From sequence record MG197996.1: a stretch of 39,761 nt of DNA. One strand, given 5' to 3'. The notes beneath the pieces were generated by a model. The model did no database searches, was not told the origin of the DNA, and saw nothing but the letters and a program-made list of their open reading frames with translations. This document shows positions 1 through 10,227 of the stretch, in pieces (the stretch's first letter is position 1; every line of letters starts with the position of its first letter). Origin of the DNA: Escherichia phage APC_JM3.2. A program made the position numbers and the translations under genes.

Positions 1-441
1 GGTGGGGCAGGAGCTGCCCCCAGAACCTATCACTCTTTTGAACCAGTCAATGAACCTAAAAACATTATGTTCGAACATGTCCGAACAGAGTGTGAAAAAA
101 CTCCTGACCGTCACGAAGAAACCGACAAGGCATTCGAGGAAATATTCTGGTGTGCAGGCATGCGGAAGGCCGGGAAGAAAAACGCAGCTTCAGCATTCAG
201 AACACAGTTCAGGGAATGGCGTAAAACTACCAGGGGGACGGCAAGCGAGTTTGCCACGATGCTGGCAGAAGACATTGCGTGCAGGCTCGGTAAGCAGTTC
301 GGGTTCGACAGGTTGTTACCATCGAGCTACCTGAACGGTCAACGCTGGAACGACGAGAAGCCAGAAACTATTCAACCACAATCCAAACCATCATCCGCAA
401 TCACCGTATCGAAAACTGGCTACGTGTTTTTCGACAGGTGA
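1..441 (+). CDS. Replication protein, C-terminal region (partial in window; reading frame continues across the circular junction)
   Basis: Frame 1 is open from window position 1 to the stop at 439-441; in the circularised sequence it is open from 39707 with an ATG at 39716; internal ATG at 67; sits between the HTH initiator ORF and the primase-helicase; no domain recognised by eye. Confidence 0.45.
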   Translation, partial: GGAGAAPRTYHSFEPVNEPKNIMFEHVRTECEKTPDRHEETDKAFEEIFWCAGMRKAGKKNAASAFRTQFREWRKTTRGTASEFATMLAEDIACRLGKQFGFDRLLPSSYLNGQRWNDEKPETIQPQSKPSSAITVSKTGYVFFDR

Positions 442-551
442 ACCATGAAATCCAGAATCAAATCGTTACTTATCGCTGGCTATAACCATGGCTGGCTTAG
501 TTCTGCATTCGTTGAGTTCTGGTTTAACCGTCTCGATCTGAGGTCAGCGTA

Positions 552-2432
552 ATGACTCCAAGTGAACTGAGCGACCTGCTTTGGGCGCAGGTTGACAGGG
601 TGGCTCCGCACCTGTTGCCAAACGGCAAGAAAGAGGGGCATGAGTGGGTTGCCGGTAACGTCAACGGTGACAAGGGAAACAGCCTTAAGGTCAACCTTAG
701 CGGCAAGAAAAAATGGGCTGATTTCGCTGAGGGAGACGGCGGTGACATGCTTGATTTGTGGATGGCATGTCGTGGAATTAACCTGCATCAGGCTATGCAG
801 GAAGCGAAAGCATTTCTCGGTATCAAGGATGACGATCACCATTTCGATGCCAAACGTGAGAAAAAATTCTCCAGACCTGATCGCAAGAAAATCGCCCGCT
901 ACGTTACCAGAACAGAATCCCATCTTGAGTACCTGCAATCGCGTGGTATATCGCCAGAAGTCGTAAAGCGCTACGAGGTTGTCAGCGGCAAGGTGTGGAA
1001 TGGAGAGCGAGAACTGGATGCTCTGGTGCTTCCGTACAAACGCGATGGTGAGTTGTTGCAGGTCAAGCGAATCAGCACTGATCGCCCGGACGGGAAGAAA
1101 GTAATTATGGCAGAAGGTGATTGCGAACCTTGTCTGTTCGGATGGCAGGCTCTGGACGCTGGCGTGAGGGCGGTTGTACTTTGCGAAGGCGAAATTGATT
1201 GTATGAGCTATGCGCAATACGGCATCTCGGCGTTATCCGTGCCGTTTGGTGGCGGGAAAGGCGCTAAGCAACAGTGGATTGAGTTTGAGTATCACAACCT
1301 CGACAGGTTTGAGGAAATATTCATCTCGATGGACGTTGATGATGTTGGTCGTGAAGCCGCAAGGGAAATCGCAAGCCGACTCGGTGAACATCGTTGCCGT
1401 CTTGTTACGCTACCGTACAAAGACATCAACGAATGCCTGATGAACGGTGTTACCGAGGATGAAATCTGGCAGTACATCGGCACGGCATCCTACTTCGACC
1501 CCGAAGAACTCTACAGCGCGCGAGAGTTTTACCAGGACACTATCAACGCTTTCTACGGCAAGCAGCAGTATCTGTTTAATCCACCGTGGAAATCTCTGGC
1601 AGATAAATTCCAGTTCCGTGAGGCAGAGTTGACGCTGGTCAATGGTGTGAACGGTCACGGAAAAACTGAGGTTGTCGGGCATATGGCACTTGAGGCAATG
1701 CGTCAGGGTGTGAAGACGTGCATCGCGTCACTTGAGCTGAAGCCAGGCATTCTCCTTAAGCGACTTACCCGTCAGGCGACGTGCTGCAAGATGCCGCCAG
1801 TGCTGGAAATTGACTCTGCATTTAAATTTTATGACGAAAGACTTTGGGTGTTTGGCCTGACCGGAACGGCGAAAGCCGACAGGCTGATCGAAATATTCGA
1901 CTACGCTCGCCGCCGGTACGGCATCCAGTTATTCATCATCGACAGCCTGATGAAATGCGGCATAGGTGACGATGACTATAACGGGCAGAAGGCGTTTGTT
2001 GACTCGATTTGCGATTTCAAAAACAAAACAAACTCCCACGTCATTCTCGTTGCTCACTCGCGAAAAGGAGACAGCGAAGAAAAACCAACCGGGAAAATGG
2101 ACGTAAAAGGCTCTGGAGCGATAACAGACCTGACAGACAACCTTTTCATCATCTGGCGTAACAAGGCTCGCGAGAGAGCGTTACAGAGAGTTCAGAGTGG
2201 TGAAAAGATGTCAGAGAAGGACGAACAGTTACTGGCATCTCCGGCATCTGTTTTGATGCTTGAAAAACAACGTAACGGCGAAGGTTGGGAAGGTGGTGTC
2301 CCGTTGTTCCTTGACGAGCAATCGCACCAGTTCCTGCAACTTGAATCAGGATCGCCATATAGCTACATCGCCAATATGCCGAAATCGGAATATGACGAGG
2401 CGTGGCGACAGGAAAACGTGACGGAGTATTAA
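552..2432 (+). CDS. Bifunctional DNA primase / DnaB-family replicative helicase
   Basis: 626-aa ORF, GAGG RBS before ATG 552; N-terminal primase-like region, C-terminal RecA-fold helicase region with Walker-A-like NGVNGHGKT and Walker-B-like LFIIDSL. Confidence 0.8.
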   Translation: MTPSELSDLLWAQVDRVAPHLLPNGKKEGHEWVAGNVNGDKGNSLKVNLSGKKKWADFAEGDGGDMLDLWMACRGINLHQAMQEAKAFLGIKDDDHHFDAKREKKFSRPDRKKIARYVTRTESHLEYLQSRGISPEVVKRYEVVSGKVWNGERELDALVLPYKRDGELLQVKRISTDRPDGKKVIMAEGDCEPCLFGWQALDAGVRAVVLCEGEIDCMSYAQYGISALSVPFGGGKGAKQQWIEFEYHNLDRFEEIFISMDVDDVGREAAREIASRLGEHRCRLVTLPYKDINECLMNGVTEDEIWQYIGTASYFDPEELYSAREFYQDTINAFYGKQQYLFNPPWKSLADKFQFREAELTLVNGVNGHGKTEVVGHMALEAMRQGVKTCIASLELKPGILLKRLTRQATCCKMPPVLEIDSAFKFYDERLWVFGLTGTAKADRLIEIFDYARRRYGIQLFIIDSLMKCGIGDDDYNGQKAFVDSICDFKNKTNSHVILVAHSRKGDSEEKPTGKMDVKGSGAITDLTDNLFIIWRNKARERALQRVQSGEKMSEKDEQLLASPASVLMLEKQRNGEGWEGGVPLFLDEQSHQFLQLESGSPYSYIANMPKSEYDEAWRQENVTEY

Positions 2433-2509
2433 ATGACCATCTACATCACTGAGCTTGTAACAGGCCTGCTGGTAATCGCAGGCCTTTTTATTTGGGGGAG
2501 AGGGAAGTC

Positions 2510-2926
2510 ATGAAAAAACTAACCTTTGAAATTCGATCTCCAGCACATCAGCAGAACGCTATTCACGCAGTACAGCAAATCCTTCCAGACCCAATCAAAC
2601 CAATCGTAGTAACCATTCAGGAACGCAACCGCAGCATTCGGCAAAATGCACGCCTTCACGCGATGCTATCTGAAATAAGTAAGAAGGCTACATATCATGG
2701 AAAAGCAAGAAATATTGAGTTTTGGAAGGGGTTATTCGTTTCTGGTTGGCAGATTGCAACCAACCAGCACCCTGAGATTATATCAGGGTTAGAAGGTGAG
2801 CTAATAAACATCAGAGAGAGTACGGCGACTCTATCTGTAAAAAAAATATCCGAAATAATGGACTACATAGAAGCATATTGTGCCATGAACTCAATTCATC
2901 TTAGCGAATGGAGGAATTATGATTGA
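2510..2926 (+). CDS. ninB: NinB recombination protein (C-terminus replaced relative to lambda NinB)
   Basis: MKKLTFEIRSPAHQQNAIHAVQQILPD... matches lambda NinB N-terminus as recalled; GGGAGAGGGAAG RBS before ATG 2510. Confidence 0.85.
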   Translation: MKKLTFEIRSPAHQQNAIHAVQQILPDPIKPIVVTIQERNRSIRQNARLHAMLSEISKKATYHGKARNIEFWKGLFVSGWQIATNQHPEIISGLEGELINIRESTATLSVKKISEIMDYIEAYCAMNSIHLSEWRNYD

Positions 2927-3521
2927 GGTTTGGGTAGATATCGAAGGGATTCCATTTTATCAGGTTAGCAATAAAGGAAATTTCAGGTCTATTACGAGGG
3001 AAGTTACAGTAACATCAACCAGACAGAGGCCATATAAGAAAATAATTAATGGCACTAGCGTAAAACCATTCAAGTGCAAGTCGACAGGATATCTTCAAAT
3101 AAAGGTATACGGTAAGAAATACAGCGCCCACAGGATAGTTGCGAAAGCATTCTGTACAGGGTTCTGTGATGGCTTGGTAGTTAATCACAAAAATGGGCAA
3201 AGAGATGACAATAGGGCTGAAAACCTTGAATGGGTATCACATTCTGAAAACTCAAAGCACGGATATAAACAAAATGGAAGAATACCTATATCGCTAGGTA
3301 AATTTAGTGGTGATCATCCTGCCAGTAAAGCTGTTATTTCTACTGACATGAAAACTGGTGAGGAGGTTTATTATGAAGCAGCTATGGATGCTGTCAGAGA
3401 AGGATTTGATAGTTCGTCAATTAGTCGTTGCTGTAATGGCGAAAGCTCATATCACAAAGGAAGATTCTGGCGATTTGCAAATGAAACAATGAAAGCGAGA
3501 TGGGGAGATCGGGCTGCATGA
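2919..3521 (+). CDS. HNH homing endonuclease (NUMOD4-like N-terminus plus HNH motif)
   Basis: 200-aa ORF with strong GGAGG RBS; motif VNHKNGQRDDNRAENLEWVSHSEN; ORF terminates in KARWGDRAA, the recalled lambda NinB C-terminus. Confidence 0.8.
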   Translation: MIEVWVDIEGIPFYQVSNKGNFRSITREVTVTSTRQRPYKKIINGTSVKPFKCKSTGYLQIKVYGKKYSAHRIVAKAFCTGFCDGLVVNHKNGQRDDNRAENLEWVSHSENSKHGYKQNGRIPISLGKFSGDHPASKAVISTDMKTGEEVYYEAAMDAVREGFDSSSISRCCNGESSYHKGRFWRFANETMKARWGDRAA

Positions 3522-4390
3522 TAAATGTCGTTAGTTTCTCCGGTGGCAGGACGTCAGCATATTTGCTCTGGCTAATGGAGCAAAAGCGACGGGCAGGTAA
3601 AGACGTGCATTACGTTTTCATGGATACAGGTTGTGAACATCCAATGACATATCGGTTTGTCAGGGAAGTTGTGAAGTTCTGGGATATACCGCTCACCGTA
3701 TTGCAGGTTGATATCAACCCGGAGCTTGGACAGCCAAATGGTTATACGGTATGGGAACCAAAGGATATTCAGACGCGAATGCCTGTTCTGAAGCCATTTA
3801 TCGATATGGTAAAGAAATATGGCACTCCATACGTCGGCGGCGCGTTCTGCACTGACAGATTAAAACTCGTTCCCTTCACCAAATACTGTAATGACCATTT
3901 CGGGCGAGGGAATTACACCACGTGGATTGGCATCAGAGCTGATGAACCGAAGCGGCTAAAGCCAAAGCCTGGAATCAGATATCTTGCTGAACTGTCAGAC
4001 TTTGAGAAGGAGGATATCCTCGCATGGTGGAAGCAACAACCATTCGATTTGCAAATACCGGAACATCTCGGTAACTGCATATTCTGCATTAAAAAATCAA
4101 CGCAAAAAATCGGACTTGCCTGCAAAGATGAGGAGGGATTGCAGCGTGTTTTTAATGAGGTCATCACGGGATCCCATGTGCGTGACGGACATCGGGAAAC
4201 GCCAAAGGAGATTATGTACCGAGGAAGAATGTCGCTGGACGGTATCGCGAAAATGTATTCAGAAAATGATTATCAATCCCTGTATCAGGACATGGTACGA
4301 GCTAAAAGATTCGATACCGGCTCTTGTTCTGAGTCATGCGAAATATTTGGAGGGCAGCTTGATTTCGACTTCGGGAGGGAAGCTGCATGA
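3518..4390 (+). CDS. ninC: NinC (PAPS-reductase-like protein, lambda ORF290 type)
   Basis: [42 protein letters not shown]... near-identical to lambda NinC as recalled; ATGA overlap with upstream stop. Confidence 0.9.
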   Translation: MINVVSFSGGRTSAYLLWLMEQKRRAGKDVHYVFMDTGCEHPMTYRFVREVVKFWDIPLTVLQVDINPELGQPNGYTVWEPKDIQTRMPVLKPFIDMVKKYGTPYVGGAFCTDRLKLVPFTKYCNDHFGRGNYTTWIGIRADEPKRLKPKPGIRYLAELSDFEKEDILAWWKQQPFDLQIPEHLGNCIFCIKKSTQKIGLACKDEEGLQRVFNEVITGSHVRDGHRETPKEIMYRGRMSLDGIAKMYSENDYQSLYQDMVRAKRFDTGSCSESCEIFGGQLDFDFGREAA

Positions 4391-4560
4391 TGCAATGTTA
4401 TCGGTGCGGTGAATGCAAAGAAGATAACCGCTTCCGACCAAATCAACCTTACTGGAATCGATGGTGTCTCCGGTGTGAAAGAACACCAACAGGGGTGTTA
4501 CCACTACCGCAGGAAAAGGAGGACGTGTGGCGAGACAGCGACGAAGTATCACCGACATAA
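4387..4560 (+). CDS. ninD: NinD (small zinc-ribbon protein)
   Basis: 57-aa [37 protein letters not shown]..., two CxxC pairs; below the ORF-track size cutoff, translated by hand; overlaps ninC stop. Confidence 0.75.
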
Positions 4561-4703
4561 TCTGCGAAAACTGCAAATACCTTCCAACGAAACGCTCCAG
4601 AAATAAACGCAAGCCAATCCCAAAAGAATCTGACGTAAAAACCTTCAATTACACAGCTCACCTGTGGGATATCCGGTGGCTAAGACATCGTGCGAGGAAA
4701 TGA
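4527..4703 (+). CDS. ninE: NinE
   Basis: GTG start 5 nt after AAGGAGG; translation [58 protein letters not shown] resembles lambda NinE as recalled. Confidence 0.7.
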
Positions 4704-5089
4704 CAATGGATTATTCACAGTTAAGTGATTTTGAAATTAACGTGGCGGTATTCGAAGCCATTCATAACGGATCACCGGATTACAAAGAAGGTGAGAATGG
4801 CGCGATGGTGTTTATCTCATTTGAGGGAGACATTGTAAACGGAGACGCAGTTGAAGTAGAGGTTGAGCGCGGATCCTTTAACCCATGCGCAAACCCAGCA
4901 GACGCATGGCCGATTATCACTGAAAACAACATCAGCATAATTTTAGACAATCCCTCAATGCCGTGCGCTACAGACAACGCAAGGGACTTGTTTGATGATG
5001 CCGGACCGAATGTTGGTGTCGCATATGACAATCCACTCCGTGCCGCCATGATTGTCTTTCTCATGATGCAGGACGCCAATAATGCTTAG
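4700..5089 (+). CDS. NinX-like protein
   Basis: ATG overlapping ninE stop; [17 protein letters not shown]... resembles P22-type NinX N-terminus as recalled; position between ninE and ninF. Confidence 0.55.
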
Positions 5090-5258
5090 CCCATCCCAAT
5101 CCCTTCAATACCAGAAAGAAAGCGTCGAGCGGGCTTTAACGTGCGCTAACTGCGGTCAGAAGCTGCATGTGCTGGAAGTTCATGTGTGTGAGCACTGCTG
5201 CGCAGAACTGATGAGCGATCCGAATAGCTCAATGTACGAGGAAGAATACGATGGCTAA
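5082..5258 (+). CDS. ninF: NinF
   Basis: 58-aa [49 protein letters not shown]... matches lambda NinF as recalled; below ORF-track cutoff, translated by hand. Confidence 0.75.
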   Translation: MLSPSQSLQYQKESVERALTCANCGQKLHVLEVHVCEHCCAELMSDPNSSMYEEEYDG

Positions 5259-5862
5259 ACCAGCGCGAAGACGATGTAAAAACGAAGAATGTCGGGAATG
5301 GTTTCACCCTGCATTCGCTAATCAGTGGTGGTGCTCTCCAGAGTGTGGAACAAAGATAGCACTCGAACGACGAAGCAAAGAACGCGAAAAAGCGGAAAAA
5401 GCAGCAGAGAAGAAACGGCGACGAGAGGAGCAGAAACAGAAAGATAAACTTAAGATTCGAAAACTCGCCTTAAAGCCCCGCAGTTACTGGATTAAACAAG
5501 CCCAACAAGCCGTAAACGCCTTCATCAGAGAAAGAGACCGCGACTTACCATGTATCTCGTGCGGAACGCTCACGTCTGCTCAGTGGGATGCCGGGCATTA
5601 CCGGACAACTGCTGCGGCACCTCAACTCCGATTTGATGAACGCAATATTCACAAGCAATGCGTGGTGTGCAACCAGCACAAAAGCGGAAATCTCGTTCCG
5701 TATCGCGTCGAACTGATTAACCGCATCGGGCAGGAAGCAGTAGACGAAATCGAATCAAACCATAGCCGCCATCGCTGGACTATCGAAGAGTGCAAGGCGA
5801 TCAAGGCAGAGTACCAACAGAAACTCAAAGACCTGCGAAATAGCAGAAGTGAGGCCGCATGA
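5251..5862 (+). CDS. ninG: NinG / Rap, recombination-associated junction endonuclease
   Basis: 203-aa ORF with lambda NinG-like sequence (cysteine cluster, basic coiled region); overlaps ninF stop. Confidence 0.9.
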   Translation: MAKPARRRCKNEECREWFHPAFANQWWCSPECGTKIALERRSKEREKAEKAAEKKRRREEQKQKDKLKIRKLALKPRSYWIKQAQQAVNAFIRERDRDLPCISCGTLTSAQWDAGHYRTTAAAPQLRFDERNIHKQCVVCNQHKSGNLVPYRVELINRIGQEAVDEIESNHSRHRWTIEECKAIKAEYQQKLKDLRNSRSEAA

Positions 5863-6065
5863 CGTTCTCAGTAAAAACCATTCCAGACATGCTCGTTGAA
5901 GCATACGGAAACCAGACAGAAGTAGCACGCAGACTGAAATGTAGTCGCGGCACGGTAAGAAAATACGTTGATGATAAAGACGGGAAAATGCACGCCATCG
6001 TCAACGACGTTCTTATGGTTCATCGCGGATGGAGTGAAAGAGATGCGCTATTACGAAAGAATTGA
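5859..6065 (+). CDS. ninH: NinH
   Basis: 68-aa [40 protein letters not shown]... lambda NinH-like with HTH. Confidence 0.85.
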   Translation: MTFSVKTIPDMLVEAYGNQTEVARRLKCSRGTVRKYVDDKDGKMHAIVNDVLMVHRGWSERDALLRKN

Positions 6066-6708
6066 TGGCAGCAAATACCGAAATATTTGGGTAGTTGGCG
6101 ATCTGCACGGATGCTACACGAACCTGATGAAAAAACTGGAGACGATAGGATTCGACACCAAAAAAGACCTGCTTATCTCGGTTGGCGATTTGGTCGATCG
6201 CGGTACAGAGAACGTCGAATGTCTGGAATTAATCACATTCCCCTGGATCCGAGCTGTACGTGGAAACCATGAGCAAATGATGATTGATGGCTTATCAGAG
6301 CGTGGAAACGTCAATCACTGGCTGTTTAATGGCGGTGGCTGGTTCTTTAATCTCGATTACGACAAAGAAATTCTGGCTAAAGCTCTTGCCCATAAAGCAG
6401 ATGAACTTCCGTTAATCATTGAACTGGTGAGCAAAGGTAAAAAATATGTCATCTGCCACGCCGATTATCCTTGTGACGAATACGAGTTTGGAAAGCCAGT
6501 TGATCATCAGCAGGTAATCTGGAACCGCGAACGAATCAGCAACTCACAAGACGGGATCGTAAAAGAAATCAAAGGAGCGGACACGTTCATCTTTGGTCAT
6601 ACGCCAGCAGTGAAACCACTCAAGTTTGCCAACCAGATGTATATAGATACCGGCGCAGTGTTCTGCGGAAACCTCACATTGATTCAGGTACAGGGAGAAG
6701 GCGCATGA
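6043..6708 (+). CDS. ninI: NinI, Ser/Thr protein phosphatase (lambda PPase type)
   Basis: [28 protein letters not shown]... GDLVDRG... GNHE metallophosphatase motifs; start set at ATG 6043 by comparison with lambda. Confidence 0.9.
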   Translation: MRYYERIDGSKYRNIWVVGDLHGCYTNLMKKLETIGFDTKKDLLISVGDLVDRGTENVECLELITFPWIRAVRGNHEQMMIDGLSERGNVNHWLFNGGGWFFNLDYDKEILAKALAHKADELPLIIELVSKGKKYVICHADYPCDEYEFGKPVDHQQVIWNRERISNSQDGIVKEIKGADTFIFGHTPAVKPLKFANQMYIDTGAVFCGNLTLIQVQGEGA

Positions 6709-7328
6709 GACTCGAAAGCGTAGCTAAATTTCATTCGCCAAAAAGCCCGATGATGAGCGACTCACCACGGGCCACGGCTTCTGACTCTCTTTCCGGTACT
6801 GATGTGATGGCTGCTATGGGGATGGCGCAATCACAAGCCGGATTCGGAATGGCTGCATTCTGCGGTAAGCATGAACTCAGCCAGAACGACAAACAAAAGG
6901 CTATCAACTATCTGATGCAATTTGCACACAAGGTATCGGGGAAATACCGTGGTGTGGCAAAGCTTGAAGGAAATACTAAGGCAAAGGTACTGCAAGTGCT
7001 CGCAACATTCGCTTATGCGGATTATTGCCGTAGTGCCGCGACGCCGGGCGCAAGATGCAGAGATTGTCACGGTACAGGCCGTGCGGTTGATATAGCAAAA
7101 ACAGAGCAGTGGGGGAGAGTTGTCGAGAAAGAGTGCGGAAGATGCAAAGGCGTCGGCTATTCAAGGATGCCAGCAAGCGCAGCATATCGCGCTGTGACGA
7201 TGCTAATCCCAAACCTTACCCAACCCACCTGGTCACGCACTGTTAAGCCGCTGTATGACGCTCTGGTGGTGCAATGCCACAAGGAAGAGTCAATCGCAGA
7301 CAATATTTTGAATGCGGTCACACGTTAG
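6705..7328 (+). CDS. Q: Late-gene antiterminator Q
   Basis: 207-aa ORF essentially identical to lambda Q as recalled, including zinc-ribbon CRDCHGTGR...CGRCKG. Confidence 0.95.
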   Translation: MRLESVAKFHSPKSPMMSDSPRATASDSLSGTDVMAAMGMAQSQAGFGMAAFCGKHELSQNDKQKAINYLMQFAHKVSGKYRGVAKLEGNTKAKVLQVLATFAYADYCRSAATPGARCRDCHGTGRAVDIAKTEQWGRVVEKECGRCKGVGYSRMPASAAYRAVTMLIPNLTQPTWSRTVKPLYDALVVQCHKEESIADNILNAVTR

Positions 7329-7370
7329 CAGCATGATTGCCACGGATGGCAACATATTAACGGCATGATA

Positions 7371-7399
7371 TTGACTTTTTGAATAAAGTTGGGTAAATT
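7371..7399 (+). promoter_or_regulatory. Late promoter pR' (with overlapping qut region)
   Basis: -35 TTGACT 7371-7376, 17-nt spacer, -10 TAAATT 7394-7399, directly downstream of Q as in lambda. Confidence 0.6.
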
Positions 7400-7435
7400 T
7401 GACATCAACGATGGATAAATGCACTCGTTAAATAA

Positions 7436-7466
7436 AGCCCTGAGTTAATAGCTCGGGGCTTTTTGC
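7436..7466 (+). terminator. Intrinsic terminator (tR'-like) about 60 nt downstream of the pR' start
   Basis: 9-bp stem AGCCCTGAG / CTCGGGGCT with 7-nt loop followed by TTTTGCGTTTT. Confidence 0.6.
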
Positions 7467-7614
7467 GTTTTAAGCACGGCCTTTCTGAAAGCACATCAAA
7501 CCAAATACCAGACAGACAAAAATAATCACCTTATCCGCTGTGGCTACGGTGCGGTGTACTTTGCTTTGCATAAAAGAAAACTAGCTCAATGTCTGGCTTC
7601 GTGAAAGCTGGTGA

Positions 7615-7646
7615 CAGGAGGTTGCGCTAACAACCTCCTGCCGTTT
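7615..7646 (+). terminator. Terminator-like stem-loop upstream of the holin gene
   Basis: Perfect 10-bp stem CAGGAGGTTG / CAACCTCCTG, loop CGCTAA, followed by CCGTTTTGCC. Confidence 0.45.
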
Positions 7647-7767
7647 TGCCCGTGCATATCGGTCACGAACAAATCTGATTACTAAACACAGTAGCCTGGA
7701 TTTGTTCTATCAGTAATCGACCTTATTCCTAATTAAATAGAGCAAATCCCCTTATTGGGGGTAAGAC

Positions 7768-8091
7768 ATGAAGATGCCAGAAAAACATGACCTGTTAGCC
7801 GCCATTCTCGCGGCAAAGGAACAAGGCATCGGGGCAATCCTTGCGTTTGCAATGGCGTACCTTCGCGGCAGATATAATGGCGGTGCGTTTACAAAAACAG
7901 TAATCGACGCAACGATGTGCGCCATTATCGCCTGGTTCATTCGTGACCTTCTCGACTTCGCCGGACTAAGTAGCAATCTCGCTTATATAACGAGCGTGTT
8001 CATCGGCTACATCGGTACTGACTCGATTGGTTCGCTTATCAAACGCTTCGCTGCTAAAAAAGCCGGAGTAGAAGATGGTGGAAATCAATAA
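7768..8091 (+). CDS. S: Holin / antiholin S (dual-start motif MKM)
   Basis: 107-aa [39 protein letters not shown]... lambda S-like; Met1-Lys2-Met3 dual start. Confidence 0.95.
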   Translation: MKMPEKHDLLAAILAAKEQGIGAILAFAMAYLRGRYNGGAFTKTVIDATMCAIIAWFIRDLLDFAGLSSNLAYITSVFIGYIGTDSIGSLIKRFAAKKAGVEDGGNQ

Positions 8092-8551
8092 TCAACGTAA
8101 GGCGTTCCTCGATATGCTGGCGTGGTCAGAGGGAACTGATAACGGACGTCAGAAAACCAGAAATCATGGTTATGACGTCATTGTTGGCGGAGAGCTATTC
8201 ACTGATTACTCCGATCACCCTCGCAAGCTTGTCACGCTAAACCCCAAACTCAAATCAACAGCAGCCGGACGTTACCAGCTTCTTTCCCGTTGGTGGGATG
8301 CCTACCGTAAGCAGCTTGGCCTGAAAGACTTCTCTCCGAAAAGCCAGGACGCTGTGGCACTGCAACAGATTAAAGAGCGTGGTGCTTTACCCATGATCGA
8401 TCGCGGTGATATTCGTCAGGCAATTGACCGTTGCAGCAATATCTGGGCTTCACTGCCTGGCGCTGGTTATGGTCAGTTCGAGCATAAGGCTGACAGCCTG
8501 ATTGCAAAATTCAAAGAAGCAGGCGGAACGGTCAGAGAGATTGAGGTATGA
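8075..8551 (+). CDS. R: Endolysin R (lambda-type lytic transglycosylase)
   Basis: 158-aa [29 protein letters not shown]... near-identical to lambda R as recalled. Confidence 0.95.
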   Translation: MVEINNQRKAFLDMLAWSEGTDNGRQKTRNHGYDVIVGGELFTDYSDHPRKLVTLNPKLKSTAAGRYQLLSRWWDAYRKQLGLKDFSPKSQDAVALQQIKERGALPMIDRGDIRQAIDRCSNIWASLPGAGYGQFEHKADSLIAKFKEAGGTVREIEV

Positions 8552-9015
8552 GCAGAGTCACCGCGATTATCTCCGCTCTGATTATCTGCATCGTCGTCTG
8601 TCTGTCATGGGCGGTCAATCATTACCGTGATAACGCAATCGCCTACAAAGAGCAGCGCGATAACAAGGCCAGTGAACTGGAGAAGGCGAACGCCACCATT
8701 ACTGACATGCAGCAGCGCCAGCGTGATGCTGATGCACTCGATGCTAAATACACGAAGGAGTTAGCTGATGCGAAAGCTGAAAATGATGCTCTTCGGCGCA
8801 AACTTGATAATGGTGGCAGGGTGCTCGTCAAAGGAAAATGCCCTGTGCCATCCTCAGCCGAAACCTCCAGCGCCTCCGGCATGGGCAATGATGCCACCGT
8901 CGAACTCTCTCCAGTTGCTGGACGAAACGTTCTCGGTATCAGATCTGGAATCATCAGCGACCAAACAGCACTGAGAACGCTTCAGGAATACATCAGGACG
9001 CAATGCCTTCGATGA
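8548..9015 (+). CDS. Rz: Rz inner-membrane spanin
   Basis: 155-aa ORF with N-terminal transmembrane segment and coiled-coil; lambda Rz-like; overlaps R stop. Confidence 0.9.
   Translation: MSRVTAIISALIICIVVCLSWAVNHYRDNAIAYKEQRDNKASELEKANATITDMQQRQRDADALDAKYTKELADAKAENDALRRKLDNGGRVLVKGKCPVPSSAETSSASGMGNDATVELSPVAGRNVLGIRSGIISDQTALRTLQEYIRTQCLR
8768..8974 (+). CDS. Rz1: Rz1 outer-membrane lipoprotein spanin, embedded in Rz in the +1 frame
   Basis: [21 protein letters not shown]... lipobox ending in Cys, proline-rich body, entirely inside Rz. Confidence 0.8.
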   Translation: MRKLKMMLFGANLIMVAGCSSKENALCHPQPKPPAPPAWAMMPPSNSLQLLDETFSVSDLESSATKQH

Positions 9016-9188
9016 TAGCGATAATTTTACTCATCATCCTTCACATCTGGCTCTGTAGACAGGGTGATGATCACTTCTGGAGTGAATCCAGATTAAACAT
9101 CTCATTGCTGATGCTTGATATTGAGCATCTGGCGCGCGGTAAGGGGCTGCGTTGAGATAAGAGCCAGTCATCACAAACACCAGGATTT

Positions 9189-9213
9189 AGCCTCGCATTC
9201 GCGGGGCTTTTTA
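9189..9213 (+). terminator. Intrinsic terminator downstream of the lysis cassette
   Basis: 8-bp stem AGCCTCGC / GCGGGGCT (one G-U pair), loop ATTC, followed by TTTTTAT. Confidence 0.6.
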
Positions 9214-9356
9214 TATCTGAATTTCACAGCGCATCTCACGCGCATATTAACGAGAGCCTTTCAGTAAGCGAGCCTGAGAAATGCCGTTATAGGTGGCGAC
9301 CTCTCTCGGGCGGCTTTTCTGTGAGACAGGCTCACTTTCTAAAAGGTAAAGACGCT

Positions 9357-9875
9357 ATGAATCATCAATTGGCTAATCTCGATTTCCGGGACATGGTGGT
9401 TGTTTCTGGTGATCGCGTGATCACAACCTCCCGCAAGGTAGCAGCTTACTTCGACAAGCAGCATCACCACATCATTCAGAAAATCGAAAAGCTAGACTGT
9501 TCGGATGAATTTCTAACCAGCAACTTTTCGCGGGTTACCTATGAACACAAGGGTAATCAGTATGTTGAATATGAAATTTCCAAAGACGGTGCGATGTACA
9601 TCATCATGTCGTTTACCGGCAAAAAAGCTGCCGCCATCAAAGAGGCGTTTATCAAAGCATTTAATTGGATGCGTGACAGGCTGATGGAGATGGCTCACTC
9701 ATACCAAAGAGAGCACAACGAGTTAATGCTGGAGTTCATGAAGGAAAAGGATGTTGCCAGTATGTCAGGACGCTTGCTGAACCGCTGGGGCAGGATCAAA
9801 AAACCGCAACTCATAGCAAGAATCGAAAGGCTTGAGCAGCAGGCGCAAATATCGATCCCCGGACTGCCAAAGTGA
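9357..9875 (+). CDS. rha: Rha-family phage regulatory protein
   Basis: MNHQLANLDFRDMVVVSGDRVITTSRKVAAYFDKQHHHIIQKIE... resembles Rha/ORF6N-type N-terminal domain; alternative GTG start at 9321. Confidence 0.7.
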   Translation: MNHQLANLDFRDMVVVSGDRVITTSRKVAAYFDKQHHHIIQKIEKLDCSDEFLTSNFSRVTYEHKGNQYVEYEISKDGAMYIIMSFTGKKAAAIKEAFIKAFNWMRDRLMEMAHSYQREHNELMLEFMKEKDVASMSGRLLNRWGRIKKPQLIARIERLEQQAQISIPGLPK

Positions 9876-10227
9876 CCATTCCAAAGCCCATCTACGGGTG
9901 GGCTTGATAATGAAACCGTGATTTACATCCCCACAATCCGGGTATGTAAAAGATAGTTCAGGCGAGAACAGATTTAACTAAGTCTGTGCACCACCAGTTA
10001 CAGCAGTACAGCGAAACAACCCAAGCCAGTAAGTGGGGAAATAACACTGGCAGCCACTGAAAGATGAACCTCCTGCCTTATGGCAAAAAAGATTCTTTGT
10101 GGTGGCGGACTGATGGAAAGACATCGGTTATTGCAGAGACCATTCAATGAGTGGTCTCGACAATGGCTTATACCCTACACGGGATAACTTAACTGATATC
10201 CCTTTTAACGGATAAACGGAGCCAACA

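Noticed and set aside
480-1217. 245-aa minus-strand ORF (and nested 74-aa ORF) antisense to the primase-helicase gene
   Set aside because: Entirely inside a well-supported plus-strand gene, no RBS, composition typical of a shadow ORF
4409-4606. 65-aa [14 protein letters not shown]... in the ninD/ninE region
   Set aside because: Hand translation shows ninD and ninE in the other two frames with RBSs and lambda-like sequences; this frame is an overlap shadow
5968-6042. Upstream start (MMIKTGKC...) for the phosphatase gene
   Set aside because: Overlaps ninH in another frame; the lambda phosphatase begins at the MRYYE... methionine (6043)
9016-9188. Expected bor-like lipoprotein gene on the minus strand after Rz, as in lambda
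   Set aside because: No ORF of adequate length or lipobox on either strand in this segment
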